Source of the DNA: Psammoneis japonica | Taxonomy: Eukaryota | Reading direction: 5' to 3' | NCBI GenBank assembly: GCA_008632985.1 | Contig: QPGO01000101.1 | Coordinates: 124,001-188,000 of the forward strand | DNA: 64,000 nucleotides | Shown: piece after piece, positions 62,710 through 64,000 of the stretch | How the letters are laid out: the number at the start of each line of letters is the position of its first letter | Position numbering within the stretch: the stretch's first letter is position 1 | Notes under the pieces: model-generated | The model's input: the letters and a program-made list of their open reading frames with translations, nothing else | Told to the model about the DNA's origin: nothing | Database searches by the model: none | Program-made: the position numbers and the translations under genes

Positions 62710-64000
62710 CCCTAAACAGAGAGGCCATCCGCACGCACACCCACACCAACTGACTCTGCCAGCGAGAAGAAACAGCACGTTCGCCCCAACTCCATCTGTG
62801 CCCTGGTCCAAATTTCATCCATTGCACTTGCACCTCTCTACACCCGACTAGGAACTGAGTGCTCCAGGATCTGATTTCCCCATGTGAGCAAAGAGTGTCA
62901 AAAGACATCTGTCATGTAGAACATGGGCCTGGAAATGCCACTGCAAGCTTCAACGGTCAACGACAGTCACACTGGAAAATGACAGGCAAAATGAAAATGT
63001 GAGTGGAACAACGTGCACAATGATGATCCATTGGGGTTACATGTCACAGCATGCTCACTGGGGCACCTTTTAAATGTAGAGCTGAGTCGCCTTGCTGATT
63101 TTTATGCCCCCAAGCAACATCAGCGGTTCGTGGCATCCGCGCATTCAAGAGGAGGCGATGAACCCGCCAACACAAGCCTCAACCTTCCCATTTTACCCAT
63201 TGCAAAGCCTAGAGTCGTAGTTGCACCACAAAGATCTCCCAAAATAACGTGGACAACATTGTGTCTTGGATGATGATGACAACGCGGTTGAAGGGTGGGT
63301 GGAAAGGGTCAAAAAGGACCAGACACCTGTGCGCATGATCGAGACGCACCAAAAAAGGCTCGTGAGTCATGCAAGTTTCGTCAAAACGAGTCCAAAACTC
63401 AATCAATCACAACATGCTCACAGGGTCACCTTCTTTGGACCATGGAAAGGCTGTCTGACAAATGCCAATGTCGTGAGCATCCCCGAGACTCCATCGCATC
63501 GTTTTGTTCCCACGGCATGCACTTTCAAGAAATTGTTGTCGCCGAAAAACGACATGCTGTGATTGCGAGCCGACCAAGACCTTCAAAAACACATCAAGCT
63601 TGTCACAAGTCCAAATGAATGGCAAAAATAGATGCACCAAAAGATGTGGAGTGGGATGAAGCACAAGGCTCCCAAACGGATGTGCTTTTGTGATGACGAC
63701 GACGTGAAAAAGATGCCAACATTGCAGATGCAACAATCGACCGTACGAGACGATGTGTCCTCCTGTGAAGCTGCAACAAAGCACAAACAACATCTTTGGT
63801 GAGTGGACAAACGGCACAAAATGAGAAAACACAGAAAGAACTTGCCACGGCAACGTTGTCGACCATTCAGATGTCACCCGCACCGCGCAGCAATCGAGTC
63901 ACAAGTCGAGGCACGCAACCGTTTGTGCCGTGTGTCGCCATCAAAGCCCCCAGGAAACCAAACCAATGCATCAACCTCTTTGTGACAACAACAGAAAAAG
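62710..64000. other. TpA-depleted degenerate DNA running off the window end
   Basis: Few TA, CpG partly retained; no family recognised. Confidence 0.5.

Noticed and set aside
1..64000. Alternative genetic code or recoding as the explanation for Tyr->Cys/His
   Set aside because: TA loss is frame- and strand-independent and extends to non-coding repeats, while adjacent genes use TAY, TAA and TAG normally.

Overview
Eukaryotic DNA, most likely a pennate diatom (inferred from gene content, 73-219 nt GT-AG introns and diatom-type PGAY / Pro-Thr-linker proteins; not proven). Two compositional states alternate. (1) Intact genes: a PAN/Apple membrane protein, two GT25-type glycosyltransferases (one fused to a sulfotransferase), two G8/beta-helix (TMEM2/CEMIP-like) proteins from a segmental duplication, mitochondrial Hsp10, an SDR, a sulfotransferase-like protein, an EsV-1-7-motif protein and an M6 metalloprotease. 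(2) Roughly 30 kb of transposon-derived DNA (an endonuclease-less Penelope-like element with hammerhead-ribozyme repeats, a Plavaka-type DNA transposon, a MITE, a probable Gypsy gag) almost devoid of TpA. Two duplicate pairs within the window show TA becoming TG or CA, and conserved Tyr codons becoming Cys or His. This points to a domain-restricted A:T->G:C hypermutation at TpA, the reverse of fungal RIP. It is partly uncoupled from CpG decay, spares duplicated genes, and in one case has hit the first exon of a host gene. This is the candidate undescribed system. All counts are by eye and need computational confirmation. Several single-base frameshifts in intact genes look like long-read assembly errors.
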